In this document: positions 61,541 through 64,000 of the stretch, piece by piece | Position numbering within the stretch: the first letter of the stretch is position 1 | Layout: every line of letters begins with the position of its first letter | Source of the DNA: a virus | Length of the DNA stretch: 64,000 nt | Direction: 5' to 3' (one strand) | IMG/VR virus record: IMGVR_UViG_3300025009_000011 | Position numbers and translations under genes: made by a program | Notes under the pieces: generated by a model | The model's input: the letters and a program-made list of their open reading frames with translations, nothing else | Database searches by the model: none | What the model was told of the DNA's origin: nothing

Positions 61541-61855
61541 CTATTTTTGTGTTGTTACTTTCTTCTTATCCCCGCATTTCTTACAGATAAAAGTTTCCTT
61601 TGTCAACTTCATCCAAATATCGTTGTGATTCTTCAACGACTTCAAACACTCTGCACATTGCATCGCTTGCATCTTGTACTCACATTTAATACCTCTAGGC
61701 TTCTTTATTTCCCCAGAATGTCTCTGCCATTGTTGACCTGAAAACGAACAGTAACAAGTTGGTTGAGTTGGTGCGCGTATTCCGGTAACTTTCTGAAGTG
61801 ATAAGCTGACCCCACAACGATAATCAAAATATTCACATGATTGGCATTTACTCAT
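61541..61855 (-). CDS. Cys-rich hypothetical protein
   Basis: Several CxxC pairs. Confidence 0.45.
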   Translation of the reverse strand: MSKCQSCEYFDYRCGVSLSLQKVTGIRAPTQPTCYCSFSGQQWQRHSGEIKKPRGIKCEYKMQAMQCAECLKSLKNHNDIWMKLTKETFICKKCGDKKKVTTQK

Positions 61856-62217
61856 TTCATTACCACCTTAAAATTAATATCAGGATAAACTTTTTCGAGT
61901 ATTTTTTGCTTTAGCAGGAATGTCGGTATCTTGCATGTTCCCTTCGTTTTAACATCCTCTATCTCTACCCTACCGTCAGGATATTCAACCTCGAAATCTC
62001 CAACATACTCAATAGCCCTTATTCGTTTCCCGTCCTTGCGTTTATACTTTTCTTGTAGAACAAACCTTGGCTGACAAGTGAAGCTTTTAATTATCCCCGA
62101 TGCTTGCATGAGTTTAAGCTCTAAGTATCTCTCGGATTCCTTAATGCTTGCAAAAACTAGCCCATCGACAACAGTTTTCTTAGCGTGATATTTTCCGCCT
62201 GAACGCTTAGTCCTCAT
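61852..62217 (-). CDS. DUF1064-family (nuclease-fold) protein
   Basis: KYHAKKTVVDGLVFASIKESERYLELKL..YVGDFEVEYPDGRVEIEDVK. Confidence 0.7.
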   Translation of the reverse strand: MRTKRSGGKYHAKKTVVDGLVFASIKESERYLELKLMQASGIIKSFTCQPRFVLQEKYKRKDGKRIRAIEYVGDFEVEYPDGRVEIEDVKTKGTCKIPTFLLKQKILEKVYPDINFKVVMK

Positions 62218-62314
62218 ATCTTCACTTTCCCCATCCACTGATGAACTTCTCCAACCCCAACTACCCCTGCGCCATCAACTACCTTCCGAATATTCTCATC
62301 CAGCTCGCAATCCT

Positions 62315-62503
62315 TCACGTACCGCCTGCACTCCTGATAGTACCATTGCCACCCAACGTCAACCTATAATCCGTGATAGTTGTCCGACTCATGCCCAAAT
62401 GATAAGCAAGTTTTGATGCGTTGCCAAACTTTTCTATTTCCTTTTCCAAATCAGCAAGTGTGGGATAGAGGGTTTTTAGTCTGTTTGTTTTTGTATTTTT
62501 CAA
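62315..62503 (-). CDS. small HTH protein
   Basis: ASKLAYHLGMSRTTITDYRL. Confidence 0.5.
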   Translation of the reverse strand: MKNTKTNRLKTLYPTLADLEKEIEKFGNASKLAYHLGMSRTTITDYRLTLGGNGTIRSAGGT

Positions 62504-62570
62504 TGCGGCCCTCCTTTAAGGGGTGATAGTGTGCACCCCTATTTATTTACCTTAGCTAACTTCGCTTTGT

Positions 62571-62984
62571 TTAGTCAATCGTATCCACGGTAACCGGAAT
62601 CCACATCTTAGGATTATAATTCAAAGTGTATTTGTACTTATCAACATTTTTACTTCTTAATTGCTCAACAACATAAGTTACATTGTCCGATAAGCCTACA
62701 AAATGCTTTTGATAATTACCATTTTCATCTTCAACAGTTACCTCAAGTTGATTATCTTCCCTGTCGGCGTTAATCGATATTCTTCCTGTCATCTGGAATA
62801 ACACTTCTCCTGTGATGCAATCAATTACCGTAAGTTGACGCACAACGTTGAAGTTGTCTGCCTCCAATGACAAATTATACGCCACCTTATCTGCTTCGGT
62901 TTGACCGCATCCGGCCATGGGTATCAATAACACTCCGGCGCACAATACCATTGATAATATTTTCTTCATCCCTTTTGCACCCAT
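62571..62984 (-). CDS. lipoprotein
   Basis: Signal peptide with lipobox PMAGC. Confidence 0.65.
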   Translation of the reverse strand: MGAKGMKKILSMVLCAGVLLIPMAGCGQTEADKVAYNLSLEADNFNVVRQLTVIDCITGEVLFQMTGRISINADREDNQLEVTVEDENGNYQKHFVGLSDNVTYVVEQLRSKNVDKYKYTLNYNPKMWIPVTVDTID

Positions 62985-63007
62985 CCTCTTTTTTATTTAT
63001 AATAATT

Positions 63008-63403
63008 CTAAAAAGGTATGTCCGAGTCTACATTAACTTCGTGCCCATACGAACCAACGTTAGGACGGTCTGGTACATTATTATTGTCGCTTTGTTGCGC
63101 TTTTCCACCAATAAAGCCAACTCTCTCTGCTAGAATCTCAGTCTTATAATGCTTTACCCCATCCTTTTCCCATGTCGAAGTTTGAATAGATCCGGTAACA
63201 GAAGCCTCGCTGCCCTTGAATAAATAATTAGCAACATTTTCAGCCGTAGCCTTAAAGCAGATAATAGGCAGAAAGTCTGCAGTTTTTTCCTTTGAGAATG
63301 GGCGATTTATAGCTAGAGTGAATTTGCACACGGCAACACCTGTTTGGCTATACGTTAAACTTGGATCGGCACACAAACGGCCAACGAGATTACATGAATT
63401 CAT
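63008..63403 (-). CDS. ssb: single-stranded DNA-binding protein
   Basis: OB-fold N-terminus NLVGRLCADPSLTYSQTGVAVCKFTLAINR and an acidic tail ending DSDIPF. Confidence 0.85.
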   Translation of the reverse strand: MNSCNLVGRLCADPSLTYSQTGVAVCKFTLAINRPFSKEKTADFLPIICFKATAENVANYLFKGSEASVTGSIQTSTWEKDGVKHYKTEILAERVGFIGGKAQQSDNNNVPDRPNVGSYGHEVNVDSDIPF

Positions 63404-63405
63404 TA

Positions 63406-63969
63406 TTATTTTCCTCCCAAAATTTGATTAATTCTCTCATCGAAATTCCTATTCGCCATAACAACCGCAACCTCGATTGCTCTTTTTCGCAAATGTGCCA
63501 AATCCTTTGCGACTATCTCCCATAGCTCATCGTCAGACGTGTATTCTCCGCTTTTGTAATCCTTGCCGCCCTTAGCGATGGGAGGTGTCCAAGTAGGTTC
63601 TGGTTCAGCTAATCCTTCGAGATCATCATTAGTTTCGTACCATTCGGGGTAATTAGTCTGATTATCAATTGCTTCCTGAACACGATTATTAGTCACAACG
63701 CGACACGCTTCTATGCTCTCACATACCCTGCACTCAATATCTATATCTTCGTATTCTCCAAGGCAGGGGTATTTGTCCTCGGATAACGTTTCTAGCACCT
63801 TCTCATCTCCCTCCATAACAATCCCACCCTCGTCCTCTTTATTAGCCCCTGATGGTGCTTCCGTGCCCTCTACTAGCTTATCTATCGCCTCGTAGTTCCC
63901 CGGCGTGTTAGGTATCTCGAATGGAGCAGTTTCCATTTTCACAAACTTCCCTTTTCCATCTCTTTTCAA
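63406..63969 (-). CDS. acidic hypothetical protein
   Basis: 187-aa ORF upstream of ssb. Confidence 0.5.
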   Translation of the reverse strand: MKRDGKGKFVKMETAPFEIPNTPGNYEAIDKLVEGTEAPSGANKEDEGGIVMEGDEKVLETLSEDKYPCLGEYEDIDIECRVCESIEACRVVTNNRVQEAIDNQTNYPEWYETNDDLEGLAEPEPTWTPPIAKGGKDYKSGEYTSDDELWEIVAKDLAHLRKRAIEVAVVMANRNFDERINQILGGK

Positions 63970-64000
63970 GCTATCAACCCTCTTTCTGTATTCCGTAGGA

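Noticed and set aside
1-64000. Search for CRISPR arrays, tRNA/tmRNA/rRNA genes, reverse transcriptase (retron/DGR) and integrase or recombinase genes
   Set aside because: I found none: no spacer-repeat periodicity, no GGTTCGAATCC-type T-loops in a cloverleaf context, no YxDD reverse-transcriptase motif, and no tyrosine or serine recombinase ORF in any listed frame.

Overview
This looks like 64 kb of an AT-rich, Firmicutes-type tailed phage or phage-plasmid genome. It has strong GGAGG-like Shine-Dalgarno sites and sigmaA-like promoters, and most genes run leftward. From right to left, I read these modules.

- **Early/replication block (63969-58140):** SSB, DUF1064, MazG, two RpoA alpha-CTD-like proteins and an ArpU-like late regulator.
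- **Rightward early island (54053-57908):** includes ArdC.
- **Packaging (53662-48384):** terS, then a 2-kb non-canonical insert, then terL split by an HNH gene.
- **Head genes (48319-42978):** portal, scaffold and capsid.
- **Atypical tail/ejection module (41225-26278):** no obvious tape measure or tail tube.
- **Accessory genes and lysis cassette (26266-21624).**
- **Structured non-coding unit, winged-helix gene and iterons (21515-20684).**
- **Small early genes (20420-15063):** interrupted by a TnpB element.
- **Rightward immunity block (12450-14889):** opposite a Cro-like gene.
- **Leftward recombination/replication block (12243-1):** Rha, ERF, Gp157, SNF2 helicase and a methylase.

I saw no integrase, tRNA, rRNA or CRISPR array.

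The most unusual features are:
- four paralogous antisense ribbon-helix-helix mini-genes, each forming a divergent-promoter, operator and terminator module in front of an HNH, tnpB or terL transcription unit;
- a TnpB-only IS element that carries one of these RHH genes and splits a small zinc-ribbon gene;
- a split, frameshifted large terminase;
- tandem alpha-CTD mimics;
- a promoter-to-terminator structured RNA next to an iteron array.

All functional calls come from reading motifs by eye, with no database search.
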